64,000 bases of DNA from Malacoraja senta (taxonomy: Eukaryota): assembly GCA_038087875.1 (NCBI GenBank), contig CM075989.1:20524001-20588000 (forward strand). The letters run 5' to 3'. The first letter of the stretch is position 1, and each line of letters starts with the position of its first letter. Both the position numbers and the translations under genes were made by a program. Below are positions 37,714-49,474 of this stretch, piece by piece. A model generated the notes under the pieces. The model was given only the letters and a program-made list of their open reading frames with translations, was not told where the DNA came from and did not search any database.

Positions 37714-37796
37714 AATCTGGCGTGCACAAACAGAAGATCAAACAGAACAAGTTGTCTTCCAACTTTAGGCTGTGCACGCCATATGCAAGAAAAAGA
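37660..37796 (+). mobile_element. Short ribozyme-headed non-autonomous retroposon with AAG-rich tail
   Basis: TSD AGATGCCTGAAG(G) at 37648-37659/60 and 37797-37808/9; homologous copy at 57781-59436. Confidence 0.85.
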
Positions 37797-39144
37797 AGAT
37801 GCCTGAAGGAGAGACCTTACCCAGAATTTCACCTATCCATGTCTTCCAGAGATGCTGAATGAGCTGCTGAGTTCCTCCAGCAATCTGTGTCTTTTTTTGT
37901 TATCTGTTAACCTTCATTAGAAGCATTTTCGAGGGAGGTACAGGTTAGTTCTGCTTTAACATGTGTTTTTCATAATCCAAATTGCATATAACACGATTGA
38001 TGAGTAAAAATGACCCTTCAAACATAATAGTGTTTGTATTATGCAGGCTGAATAGGTTATAATGATATTTCAATTAGGAACTACCCTCGAAGTAATCAGA
38101 CACCATTGTTTTTTCAAGAGCATTGAAAAACCATTGATGTGAGTTCTTAGAAAATTGACAAGATCACTTGTTATTGACACTTGTGCAATGGTATCCTATG
38201 AAAGATTATATGTTACGCTGGTTAATATTTTTAGCTTATTACTATTAGAAACACTGTTATTTTTGAAAATCCACCAGGAAAATATAACATTGTTATTGTG
38301 TGTCAGAAACACTTAAGCCGCAAACTCCCTTTTTCCCGTTGACACCATTGCTTTTGATAACAAGATTTGCTATAACACGATGTGTAGGAAGGAACTGCAG
38401 ATGCTGGTCTAAATCAAAAGATAGATGCAAAAAGCTGGAGTAACTCAGCGGGACAGGCAGCATCTCTGGAGAGAAGGAATGGGTGACGTTTCGGGTCGAG
38501 ACCCTTCTTCAGACTGATTTCACAGTGGAGCAAGCAAAATGTGTAGGAAGGAACTGCAGATGCTGGTTTAAATCGAAGATCTCAGGGATGTTTGTGCATT
38601 CTCTGTTACTTCCATTGGAATTTTGTAAGTGTAAGTAGACCAGGGTCATGGCCTCCAAACCAATAGATGAGGCCCAACCTTTCGGTCAGGATTTTATTTT
38701 GACTATTCAAAAATTTAAAGGTTGAATAACAATTTTGAAGTTGAATGTTTTTTTGCTTCATTGAAGAAAAGGGGAAAGAAAGTACATTTGCTAGAATATT
38801 GTTTTATATTTATATATTATCTTAGAAAATATAGTTGTTTTTTTTTAATCACTTCTAGCTTTACAAAAAATAGACATGATTCACGGATTGATGTTTTTGA
38901 GGTGAATTATACCATTTTGATATTGGGTTTGTTGCCACCATTTGCCTCTTGCTTTTCACTGAGTTTTATCTGTCAATCTAAGAATTCTGGTGTGTGACGT
39001 TCTACTGCTATGGTTGTCAAAAAATGTATCTTGTAACAGAAGCTTTGTACTTGTGATGTTGGGGTTTGCATCAAGCCATTTAAATCAGCTTCTTGTTATC
39101 AAGTTGTGGCAATGCGTTGCCTTTTGCTTCATGGCTTTACAATA

Positions 39145-39523
39145 ATGAAACATATAAGATTGTTAAGGGCTTGGACACGCTAGAGGCAGGAAACATGTTC
39201 CCGATGTTGGGGGAGTCCAGAACCAGGGGCCACAGTTTAAGAATAAGGAGTAAGCCATTTAGAACGGAGACGAGGAAACAGTTTTTCTCACAGAGAGTGG
39301 TGAGTCTGTGGAATTCTCTGCCTCAGAGGGCGGTGGAGGCAGGTTCTCTGGATGCTTTCAAGAGAGAGCTAGATAGGGCTCTTAAAAATAACGGAGTCTA
39401 GGGATATGGGGAGAAGGCAGGAACGGGGTACTGATTTGGGATGATCAGCCATGATCACATTGAATGGCGGTGCTGGCTCGAAGGGCCAAATGGCCTACTC
39501 CTGCACCTATTGTCTATTGTCTA
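39145..39523 (+). mobile_element. CR1 LINE 3' fragment
   Basis: ETYKIVKGLDTLEAGNMFPMLGESRTRGHSLRI..FFSQRVVSLWNSLP; (CTATTGT)n tail. Confidence 0.9.
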
Positions 39524-39781
39524 TCCACTGCCAGCAATGGGTGCTGGGGGAAGGTCAGAAAATGAATAACTTGTTCAAGAAACTGTCGTTGAGCACAGAC
39601 CTGAATTAACCAAAGGCACACATGGTGTATCTAACACTTGCTTATGCTACTCTCTCTGCTATGGAGTGAATGGCAAATGTTCAATAGGATGAATAAAGTA
39701 TTGGGGTCATATAATTTGCTAGTCAAGTGATGAATGCAGTAATGGGAAGACATGGGGATGGAGTAAGAGTACTCAAAAATG

Positions 39782-40255
39782 ATAAGACTCCTCCTGGCAG
39801 GCAAATCAGAGCACTTCCATCTGACGTTTATAGAACTATTACAAGCATAAGGTGCAAAAGTACTTTAAAAAGGTACCGATGTCAGGACTTGGTAAAGGGG
39901 GATGAAAGGTGGCGAGTTGGTATATCCCATTTGCGTGATGCTCATAATAGAGTACTTGTTTTTCTCTCTTCTCTTCTTTCTCTTTTTTTCTTCTTTAGGG
40001 TCTATCTCTTAATCTTTTCTCTCTAATTTCTCTTCTACAGGGTCTCTGTTCTTTCCTGTTGACACATTTTTACACTTTCACGATTTTCTTTCACTCTCTC
40101 TTTTTTCTTAATTTCAACATTTTCTTTTTATTAGCTTTAAAAAATGTAGGAGTACATTAATTGTAATAAGATATACGTGATGAGTACTAATGACATTTTT
40201 TGTAATTTAATGTACTTCTAATAAATAAAATTTAAAAAACTATTTTAAAAAAAGA
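39782..40255 (+). mobile_element. L1-clade 3' end, same family as 1028-1535
   Basis: Colinear similarity (GCAGG.AAA.CAGA.CACTTCCA.CTGACG; GGTGCAAAAGTACTTTAAAAA; GTACTTCTAATAAATAAAA). Confidence 0.75.
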
Positions 40256-41807
40256 TTAGTTTTCTCATTAGTTTTCTGGTTGAATATGTACACTTGATCA
40301 GTTCTCATAAAGCACACTCACACTTTAGGGTCAGCCTGTCAAAGCAAGCTATTTGCTTAATTATAGACACAAAACGCTGAGTATCTAAGCGGGTCAGACA
40401 GCATCCCCGGAGAAAGAGAATAGGTGATGTTTTGGTTTGAGACCCGTCTTCAGGCCAGCAGAGATGCTGCCTGACCCGCTGCGTTACTCCAGCTTTTTGT
40501 GTCTATCTTTGGTTTAAACCAGCATCTGCAGTTCCTTCCTACACGATTTGCTTGAAGCACTAGTAATCTTTGTGGTAGAGTTGATTGGCTTTCTGTATTG
40601 TCAAATGGACGTTGATGTGGTCTGGCATTAACTTCTCGGGCTTGGTTGGGTCTAATCTGGTGACGGGGGTAATAAAGTACAGAGTGACACTTTTTATCTT
40701 TCTTAGTAATACAAGTACAAAGTGAAGGTGGATCTAACTTCCTTACTATTTAATTACAAAATCTGAATTGTACCTCTAGGACCAGATTTACACTAAAGAA
40801 AAAATAATATTGTGGAATATGACGAATTAATTTTTACATTGATAGAAACCAATGATTTTTTGCTCAAACTTGTTATCATATTTTTTTTTTGCTCTTTTCC
40901 TTTTCTTTCCAAATAAAATCAGTGTTGAAAATTTGCCAATTCCTCCATAGGAACAATCAATCAATGCTGATGGTCAATAATATTCTCACTGGGATGATGG
41001 ACGGAATTTAGCCATGTGGCTTGCTAAGTATCAAGGAATTGAATGTCGGTTGTCCTTGACATTTTTTCTCTGTTAAAGGATGGAAAATCCTCGGCAATGC
41101 ACCTGTGATTTCGTGATTATTTATGGTTGGCAGATGAGGCTTCCCTGTTGTGAGTTTGAAAAATTGCCTCTAGTGCTCTGCGTACCTAATACGTGAAACT
41201 GCCGCAGGTCGAAGATTGTAAGGCTAATTAATATTTTCCCCCATAACAATCTTGCGTTGGTGAGCTTACTTTTGTACATCGTCTTGTGAAAGAGGTGGTG
41301 TTCCTCTAGGCAATCCATTGCAGCTTTCAGACCTTCCTGCAGTGTCAGAGGTGCTGTGAAAGCATTAAATCAAAGCCCCGTTCACCCTCTCAGACGGACG
41401 TACAAGATCCTCTGTGCAGGAAAGATCTGCAGATGCTGGTTTAAATCGAAGATAGGTACAAAATGCTGGAGTAACTCAGGCAGCATCTCTGGAGAGAAGG
41501 AATGGGCGACGTTTCGGGTTGAGACCCTCTTTCGGACAAGATCCTCTGTCAGGTTCCATATGAATTTTGCAAAAAGAAATGTATTTGTTTGTGAAAATGT
41601 CCCAACTATTCGATTTAAATGTGAAAGCTAATGATTGAATCAGTTTTTTGTATGTTTGAACTGGATACTGTTCTGGCAGTGAGTATGGTATGAAGTGATG
41701 GCTATTTTATAATTAGTCTCGGTGTTGAAACTCAACGTTCGTTAATTGTCATTAGTATTTAGGAAACTGCATTAAAAAAAAAAGTACAGTTGTCTTTTAA
41801 CTGGTAA

Positions 41808-42720
41808 TTTAGACTTTAGAGATACAGCACGGAAACAGACACTTCAGCCCACTGAGTGCGAGCCGACCAGCAAACATCCCATACACAATTTACAATTTTA
41901 CCAAAGCCAATTAACCTACAAACCTCTATGACTTTGGAGTGTGGGAGGAAACTGGAGCACCCGGAGAAAACCCACACAATCACAGGGAGAACATACAAAC
42001 TCTGTACAGAAAGCAGCTGTAGTCAGGATCGAACTCGGCAGAAACTCTACTGCTGCGCGCCACTGTACCACCCCTCAATTTATGAGCTCATCTAAAATCT
42101 TGCAGCCTCCATCATAACTTAAGCATCAATATATTCAGAATCTTCTGTGGCTCTTTCCTGTGTTTGAAATTTCCTTCAGGATCACAAGGTTTGAAGACCT
42201 TTTTTGATTGAAAGATACAGCATGGAAAGCGACCCTTTGGCCCACTGAGGCCATGTTGACCATCTGCCCACTCTAGTTCTATATTCTCCCACTTTCACAT
42301 CCACTCCCTACACATTAGGGGTCATTTACAGAGGCCAATTGGCCTACACACCAGCACATCAATGGGATGTGGGAGGAAACCAGAGCACCCAGAGGAAACC
42401 CATGTGGTTGTAGGAAGAACGTGGAAATCTCCACACAGCAAGTACCCATAGATAGATAGATAGATAGATATACCTTTAATAATCCTTTACAGGAAATTAC
42501 AGTGCCACGACAGCTTCAAGACAGACATAACACCACACATTTCCTCAAATAGCTTCCATACTTAACAAGTTAAAATACAAGTTAAAATACAATTAATGGG
42601 GAAAAAAAAAAAAAAAAAAAAAAGTGCAGTTATTTATGCGCATTATATAACCTTATAGCAGCTGGTAAACAGAACCCGAGGTTAGGATCGAACCCGGGTC
42701 TCTGGCGCTGAGAGGCAGAA
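41808..42720 (-). mobile_element. Two V-SINEs (41808-42073; 42212-42720, interrupted by a (GATA)n-tailed LINE fragment ~42449-42672)
   Basis: SINE head resumes at ~42675 after the insertion. Confidence 0.7.
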
Positions 42721-42827
42721 GGTCTGTATTGTCATTTCTTGCCCGCTGTGCATTCCCAAAATCATTGCTTTACTTGCCATCATGTTTTCTGCTGTACAAG
42801 CTCTGAAATATCTATGCAAAACCCCCT

Positions 42828-43850
42828 CATAGAAACATAGAAAATAGATGCAGGAGTAGGCCATTCGGCCCTTCGAGCCAGCACCGCCATTCAATATGAT
42901 CATGGCTGATCATCCAGAATCAGTACCCTGTTCCTGCTTTCTCCTCATATCCCTTGATTCCCTTAACCCTAAGAGCTATAACTAAAACCCCTGTCCCACT
43001 TAGGTAATTTTTTCGGCGACTACAGGCGATTAGGCTGTCGCCACATGGTCACAGGGTGTCGCCTGTATGGACGCGAGTAGTCTCCTCAAGTCGCCTAAAG
43101 AGTCGTAACGTTTTTCTGGTCGCCGCTGAATTTTGATATGTTGAAAACTTTTCGGCGACTGTGGGCTTGTCGCAGCTTGTCTTCTCATGTCGTAGGTGCC
43201 GTCGCCGGTTGTCGCCAGGATGAGGCAGGTTGTTGCCAGGTGTTGTCGGTAGTCGCCAGTGGTGAATTCCATTGGTGACTACCTATGCCAACCTACGTCA
43301 ACCGGCGACAGGTACCGGCGACCGAATTGTCTTCAGTTGCCTTCAATTGTCGCTGACAGGGTCGTTGCTTATCGTAGCTTGTCATAGGTTGACTTTGGTT
43401 GTCGCCTGTGTGGTCGTAGGTGGACGTTCTAATGGGCCGCCGGTTGTCGGTAGCTTGATGTCGACTAGGTGGTAGGTTGTCGTAGCTTGTCGTAGACATT
43501 GTTGTGGGGGGGGGGGGCGGTCCATCGCTGCTTTTTCGGCGACCTGCTATGACTGTGACAGTCGCCGAAAAAATCACCTAAGTGGGACAGGCCCTTAACT
43601 CTCTCTTGAAACCATCCAGTGAATTGGCCTCCACTGCCTTTTGTGGCAGAGAATTCCACAGATTCTCAGGCTGAAAAGGTTATTCCTCATCTCAGTCCTA
43701 CCCCTTATTCTTAAACTGTGACCCCTGGTTCTGGACTCCCCCAACATCGGGAACATTTTTCCTGCATCTACCCTGTCCAATTCTCTAAGAATTTTACATT
43801 TCTATAAGATTCCCTCTCATCCTTCTAAATTCCAGTGAATACAAGCCCAG
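42828..43850 (-). mobile_element. CR1 LINE 3' fragment interrupted by MITE
   Basis: MDRVDAGKMFPMLGESRTRGHSLRIRG; CATAGAAA repeat tail at 42828. Confidence 0.85.
42986..43595. mobile_element. PIF/Harbinger-type MITE (~610 bp) with asymmetric termini
   Basis: AACCCCTGTCCCACTTAGG...CCTAAGTGGGACAGGCCCT; TSD TAA (42983-42985, 43596-43598); internal similarity to 5254-5583; many GTCG/CGAC motifs. Confidence 0.85.
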
Positions 43851-44394
43851 TCCTCGTCTCTTCTCCCCCTCTCTCTCTATGAAAGTCATTTAAAAACTTA
43901 TCATTCTGATCTTTTTGTTAGCTTAAATATCGATTTAAGTAACTCATGGTTGTGAAATGTTCCTGTGAAGACCTGTGGGGCTGAGTTCTATCATTTAATG
44001 GTGCCGTAAAGATATGAGGTGTAAGTATGAGTGACTGTGGCTAAGTATGATAGATGTGCATGATGGAGCAGGAAGCAATAAACAGCTTAATGAGTTTGCA
44101 GCCAGAATATTACACAGAATGGTACAAAAAAATTGTTGTTCTTGAAACTGAACCAGTGATATATGATCAGGTCAGTGATAACACTGTTCGCTGCAGATTC
44201 ACAGGCACGATATCTCAGGATTAATCTCCCCATACTGAAAATGGGATTTTACATTCACTTGATTTGAAAGGTTGCAAGTTCAAGCTCGGTTTACTACAGC
44301 ACAGAACACCCAAGGTAAACTGTTCACTCCCTTGTCAAGAGATCGCTGTATTGCTGGAATGTGGGAACCTTACAGTCTTACCTTCCGTGTCCTC

Positions 44395-44716
44395 AAGGTC
44401 GGCTGCGGGAGGCACCCCCACCCTTCCCTACCACCCTCGTCCCCCCCCCCTCCCCCCGGGGAACGAGGGCTGGAGAGGGGGACGACGGTTCGCGGGATAA
44501 TCGGAATGGAGGAGGCAACGGCTGCAACGGGCCTTTGTGGCCAGCTGCAGCTGGGACTGTAAAATGGCGCCACATGGTGCCTCTTGCATAGAGACTCGAT
44601 GGGCTGTTCTGTACATTCTGTATATTCCGGGGGATTATGGTTATGCACAGGGATAACCTTGCTGATCGGTATTTCACTGTACCTGGTACACATGACAATA
44701 AAGCAACCATTGAACC
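44395..44716 (+). mobile_element. GC-rich non-coding element with Rex1-type 3' terminus
   Basis: Ends TTTCACTGTACCTGGTACACATGACAATAAA like the Rex1 tails; 5' boundary uncertain. Confidence 0.5.
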
Positions 44717-44886
44717 AACCTCAAGAAGGGGTAGGTAGGCCAGTTTATATTTGATTGAGGGTAGACACAAAATGCTGGAGTAACTCGGCGGGTGAGGCAG
44801 CATCTATGGAGAGAAGGAATTGGCGACGTTTCGGGTCGAGACTTTTCTTCCGACTGAGATCTTTGTGAGATCCTGCTGTTGTTTGC

Positions 44887-45150
44887 TCCATTTAGAACGG
44901 AGACGAGGAAACACTTTTTCTCACAGAGAGTGGTGAGTCTGTGGAATTCTCTGCCTCGGAGGGCGGTGGAGGCAGGTTCTCTGGATGCTTTCAAGAGAGA
45001 GCTAGATAGGGCTCTTAAAACCAGCGGAGTCAGGGGGATATGGGGAGAAGGCAGGAACGGGGTACTGATTGGGGATGATCAGCCATGATCACATTGAATG
45101 GCGGTGCTGGCAAATGGCCTACTCCTGCACCTATTGTCTATTGTCTATTG
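44887..45150 (+). mobile_element. CR1 LINE 3' fragment
   Basis: Near-identical to 39255-39523. Confidence 0.9.
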
Positions 45151-45951
45151 TTTTTAAGTAGCCACTCGAATATGACTAGATCATCTTTCTTTTTTGTCGA
45201 ATTTAGTGTTTGGATAATGACGCAAGTACAGGGTGGGACACATAAGTGCAGGTTAAGTTCTACTTTTTCTCTTCCTAAATGTTTAAAAATATAAACCTCA
45301 AAACTTGCATCACTTGGTGCTGATTATTCCAGAGCTTGCTGACTTGCAATGTACCTGATCATGGAGTCAAGCACAATAATGTCCAATTTGCGCCAGGCTA
45401 GAAATTCATAAGATCATGTGATAGGAATAGAATTGGTCCATTCGGCCCATCAGGTACACTCTGCCATTCAATCATGGCTCATCTATCTCTCCTTCCCCAA
45501 CTCCATTCTCCTGCCTTCTCCCCATAACCTCTGACACTGGCACTAATCAAGAAATTTCACCAAGTCAGTGAACACATCCCAACATCTACCTTGCCAACCA
45601 CCCTTAGGATCTTATATGTTTGAATAAGGTCAACCCTCTTTTTTCCAAACCCCAATGAATACAGGTTGGAACTATTTAGTCGCACTTGGGATGGCAAATT
45701 GGCATGAGAACTTTAGTTTCCTTTTATTGCACTGCTTGCTATTTATAGTCATCCTTTTAAAAATACAAGGCAGCGTCAATGACTATGGAAGCCTATTTTT
45801 AAGATGGAAATAACATTTTAATCTTAGTTCTTCCTTTAAATTTTTTGTATAATATTTGCTAACTTCCTCTCATGGATAAATCCTAAAACTATAGTAAGGC
45901 ATTTGGAATTTTGAGGCTTCCTTGGAAGTAGGAGATATAATTTATTAAGGA

Positions 45952-46226
45952 AGGTAGACAAAAATGCTGGAGAAACTCAGCGGGTGCAGCAGCATCTATG
46001 GAGCGAAGGAAATAGGCAACGTTTCGGGCCGAAACCCTTCTTCAGATCTGAAGGAAATAGGCAACGTTTCGGGCCGAAACCCTTCTTCAGACCGGAAGGT
46101 CTGAAGAAGGGTTTTGGCCCGAAACGTTGCCTATTTCTTTCGCTCCATAGATGCTGCTGCACCCGCTGAGTTTCTCCAGCATTTTTGTCTACCTTCGATT
46201 TTCCAGCATCTGCAGTTCCTTCTTAA
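45952..46226. mobile_element. PLE-terminus fold-back element with three hammerhead motifs, 15-bp TSD
   Basis: TSD ATAATTTATTAAGGA (45937-45951, 46227-46241); inverted arms; 45-bp internal duplication. Confidence 0.88.
46097..46132 (+). ncRNA. Minimal type I hammerhead ribozyme motif
   Basis: AGGT-CTGAAGA-A-GGGTT/TT/GGCCC-GAAA-C-GTT-GCCT: core CUGANGA and GAAA, helix II, helix I AGGU/GCCU. Confidence 0.7.
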
Positions 46227-46420
46227 ATAATTTATTAAGGATATGTGTTTGGCAATCTATAGTTTGTCATTACTTAATTCAGCAATGCTTATTTTTAACT
46301 TTTGGATAGCTCAAGCACTTTGTTAATTGTTTATGCGTTCATATTTTGGGATCTGGGCATTGGCAAGGAAGCTGCTTTTTTTTGTTTTCCCTTTTTTTTT
46401 CCCCCCGACCCAATTGCCTT

Positions 46421-46745
46421 TAGAGTCATAGAGTGATACAGTGTGGAAACAGGCCCTTCAGTCCAACTTGCCCACACTGGCCAACATGCCCCACCTCCAC
46501 TAGTCTCACCTGTCCACATTTGGCCCATATCCCTCTAAACCTATCCTATCCATGTACCTGTCCCAAATGTTTCTTAAACGCTGTGATGGTCCCTGTCTCA
46601 ACTACTTCCTCCGGCAGCTCGTTCCATACACCCACCACCCTTTGTGTGAAAAAGTTACCCCTCAGCTTTCTATTAAACCTTTCCCCTTTCACCTTGAACC
46701 TGTCTTTTGGTCGCGATTTCCCGACTCTGGGCAAGAGACTCTGTG
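46421..46745 (-). mobile_element. CR1 LINE 3' fragment
   Basis: FKVKGERFNRKLRGNFFTQRVVGVWNELPEEVVE. Confidence 0.85.
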
Positions 46746-47344
46746 CCAGATGACTTGAAGGAACATTTCAAGGTCAATCATATTGATGGGCCAGGAGTTC
46801 CATAGGCCAGACCTCATCACCACAAGATGTTTTTTATGACCGTCTGGTGTCATTTTGATTCATCATTGCCACTGAGTAAATTGCTTTAAATACACCCTCC
46901 TTCCATGGTGAGATTTGAACTCTTGGTCTCTGCATTGTTAGTCCAGGCTTCTGCATTGCCAGCCTGTGAGTTTAACCGTCGAGCTGCCGTTGTGTTCTAG
47001 TGTTGATTTTACCCGATTTGAGAACACCAGCAAAGCGTGCTGCATGTAACTTATTATTAACGCCATCGTGAGTGCCAGACTCTGGTTCTTTGCCTTTAAC
47101 TGGTAGTTCTCGGGGAAATGGCGGCTTATTCTTCCTTGTCATTCAACCCTGATTGCTTCACCTGCACAATGAAACACAAGCACTGGAGGACAGATCCCGC
47201 TGAGTCACTCTTCTGTCCTGATGTATACTTTTCTATCTGGCCTGTCAGCTTTCGTAGAACTTAGGTTAGATTATTTATTAGATGGTTCATTTAGTTTATT
47301 GTCATGTGTATCGAGGTACACATAACAATAAACTAAACTCACGT

Positions 47345-48170
47345 CCCAGCGGCCTCTGCAGTCCGTCTGTCTTTTTTTATTTTTTTTGTCTCGTTTGAGT
47401 GTAGTTACAGTGTTTTTTTAAACTGGGTATGTGTGTGGGGGGTTGGGTGGGGAAACTTTTAAAATCTTTTCCCTGCACGGAGGACCCGACCTTTCTCTGT
47501 CGGGTCTCCGTTGTCGTTGGGGCCTAGCACCGTGGAGAGGCCTCCAACCGGAACGACCTGGGGCTCCAGTCGCGGAGCCTGCGGACCACTCACCATCGTG
47601 GAGCTGGCCGAGTTCGGAGCGTGGAGAGCTGCGGTGACGCGCGGCTGCGACCCGACCCCGGAGATTCGGAGGCTCCAGCCGCAGGTCGGGTGGACGGTGA
47701 CATCGGGAGCTCGCGGGTCCCTGGTGGGAGACCGCTTTTCGGGGCTCCCGCAACGGCAACTTCTCCCGCACGAGTTGCGGGGTTGAAGATGACCTGGAGC
47801 GGGGTCTAACATCGCCCGGCGCGGCTTTAATGGCCGCGGGACTTGCTAGCGCTACCGGGGGCTCCAACATCCAGACCCGGAGGGCGGCCTTGCATCGCCC
47901 AGCTCGGCTTTAATGGCCACGGGACTTATTTTCCATCGCCCGCCGGGGGCTCTGACTCTGACATCGGGAGGAGAATGGGGAGTGCAGGGGAGAGATAAGA
48001 CTTTGCCTTCCATCACAGCGAGGAGGAGATTCACTGTGATGGATGTTTGTGTAAATTGTGTTGTGTCTTGGTTCTTTTTACTTGTTTGTATGACTTGCAG
48101 AAACCAAATTTCGTTTGAACTTCATTTGAGGTTCAAATGACAATAAATGGTATTGTATTGTATTGTATTG
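47345..48170 (+). mobile_element. ~825-bp GC/CpG-rich non-autonomous retroelement with internal repeats and (TATTG)n tail
   Basis: Second copy at 19701-20085; 3' hairpin TTTGAACTTCA/TGAGGTTCAAA + AATAAA; nested in a Rex1-type fragment (~47291-48460). Confidence 0.75.
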
Positions 48171-49101
48171 TTGCGTGCAATCCAGTCGACAAAAAGCCTA
48201 TACATGATTACAATTGAGCCATAAAGGGAATAACGTTTAGTGCAAGTTAAAGTCAAGTACAGAGCGATTAAAGATAGTCTGAGGATTTTCAATGAGGTAG
48301 ATGGTAGCTCAAAACCTTCTCTAATTGATGATAGGATGGTTCAGTCTCCTGATAACAGTTGGTAAGAAAAAGTCCCTGAATCTGGAGGAGTGCGTTTTCA
48401 CACTTCTGTACCTCTTGCTTGATGGGAGGGGAGAGAAGAGGGAGTGACAGGGTGAGACTTGGGATAGAACCTTTCAGCACAGGAACAGGCCCTTTGGCCC
48501 AAAATATCCATGCCAAACATAATACCAAGATAAACTAATCTCATCTGCCTGCACATGATCCATATGCATCCATTCCCTGCATATCCATGTACCTGTCTAA
48601 AAGCCTCTTACACAAATACATCCTATCCGCCTCCACCATCCCCTCTGGCAATGTGTTCCAGGCACCCACCGCTCTGACTGTCTCTCTCTGTCTGTGTGTG
48701 TGTGTGTGTATGTGTGTGTTTTTGACTACCCTATCTATACCCCTCATCGCTTGATATTGTTCTGTCAGGAGTGTTGCCTACATATTTTGCTGTGATTACT
48801 CCAGTCTGTCTGAGCTTTGACTAATAAACGGGCTACAGTTGGGTTTTTTACTTTACTTTAATTGCAGGCAATCGCAGTAGCAGGTAACTCACATGCCTTC
48901 TCCACGTGTCCACCAGGGGACTTTCTGCACGATGCAACAATACAACAATAGCCAGTAGAAACTAAAATTAATGTGGGGCGTGACTGACTCGCAAAAATCT
49001 CATACTACATCAACAATTAGTGGTCATATGACAATAACTATAGCAACGCTAACAACAATAATACTTCTCTATATAACAATCCAAGTAATATTACAGAATT
49101 A

Positions 49102-49313
49102 GACACAATTTGCTGGAGTAACTCAGCGGGTCAGGCAGCATTTCTAGGGAAAAATAAGTAACGTTTCAAGTTGGAACCCTTCCTCCAAGGAACGGGCGTA
49201 ACAAAACGTCACCTACTCTTCTTTTTCCAGAGGTGCTGCCTGACCTGCTGAGTTCCTCCAGCATTTTGTGTCTATCTTCGGTATAAACCAGTGTTTGCAG
49301 TTCCTTCCTACAC
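49102..49313. mobile_element. PLE-terminus fold-back element, 15-bp TSD
   Basis: AATATTACAGAATTA at 49087-49101 and 49314-49328. Confidence 0.85.
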
Positions 49314-49352
49314 AATATTACAGAATTATCCATATTAGTCATGTTGAAAGCT

Positions 49353-49474
<122 letters not shown>

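Noticed and set aside
45977..46169. Near-identical ORFs on both strands / CRISPR-like repeats
   Set aside because: A consequence of the palindromic PLE terminus and a 45-bp duplication; no spacers, eukaryotic context.
47418..47870. GC-rich ORFs or host CpG-island promoter
   Set aside because: Lies within a repeat that has a second copy at 19701-20085; no recognisable protein.
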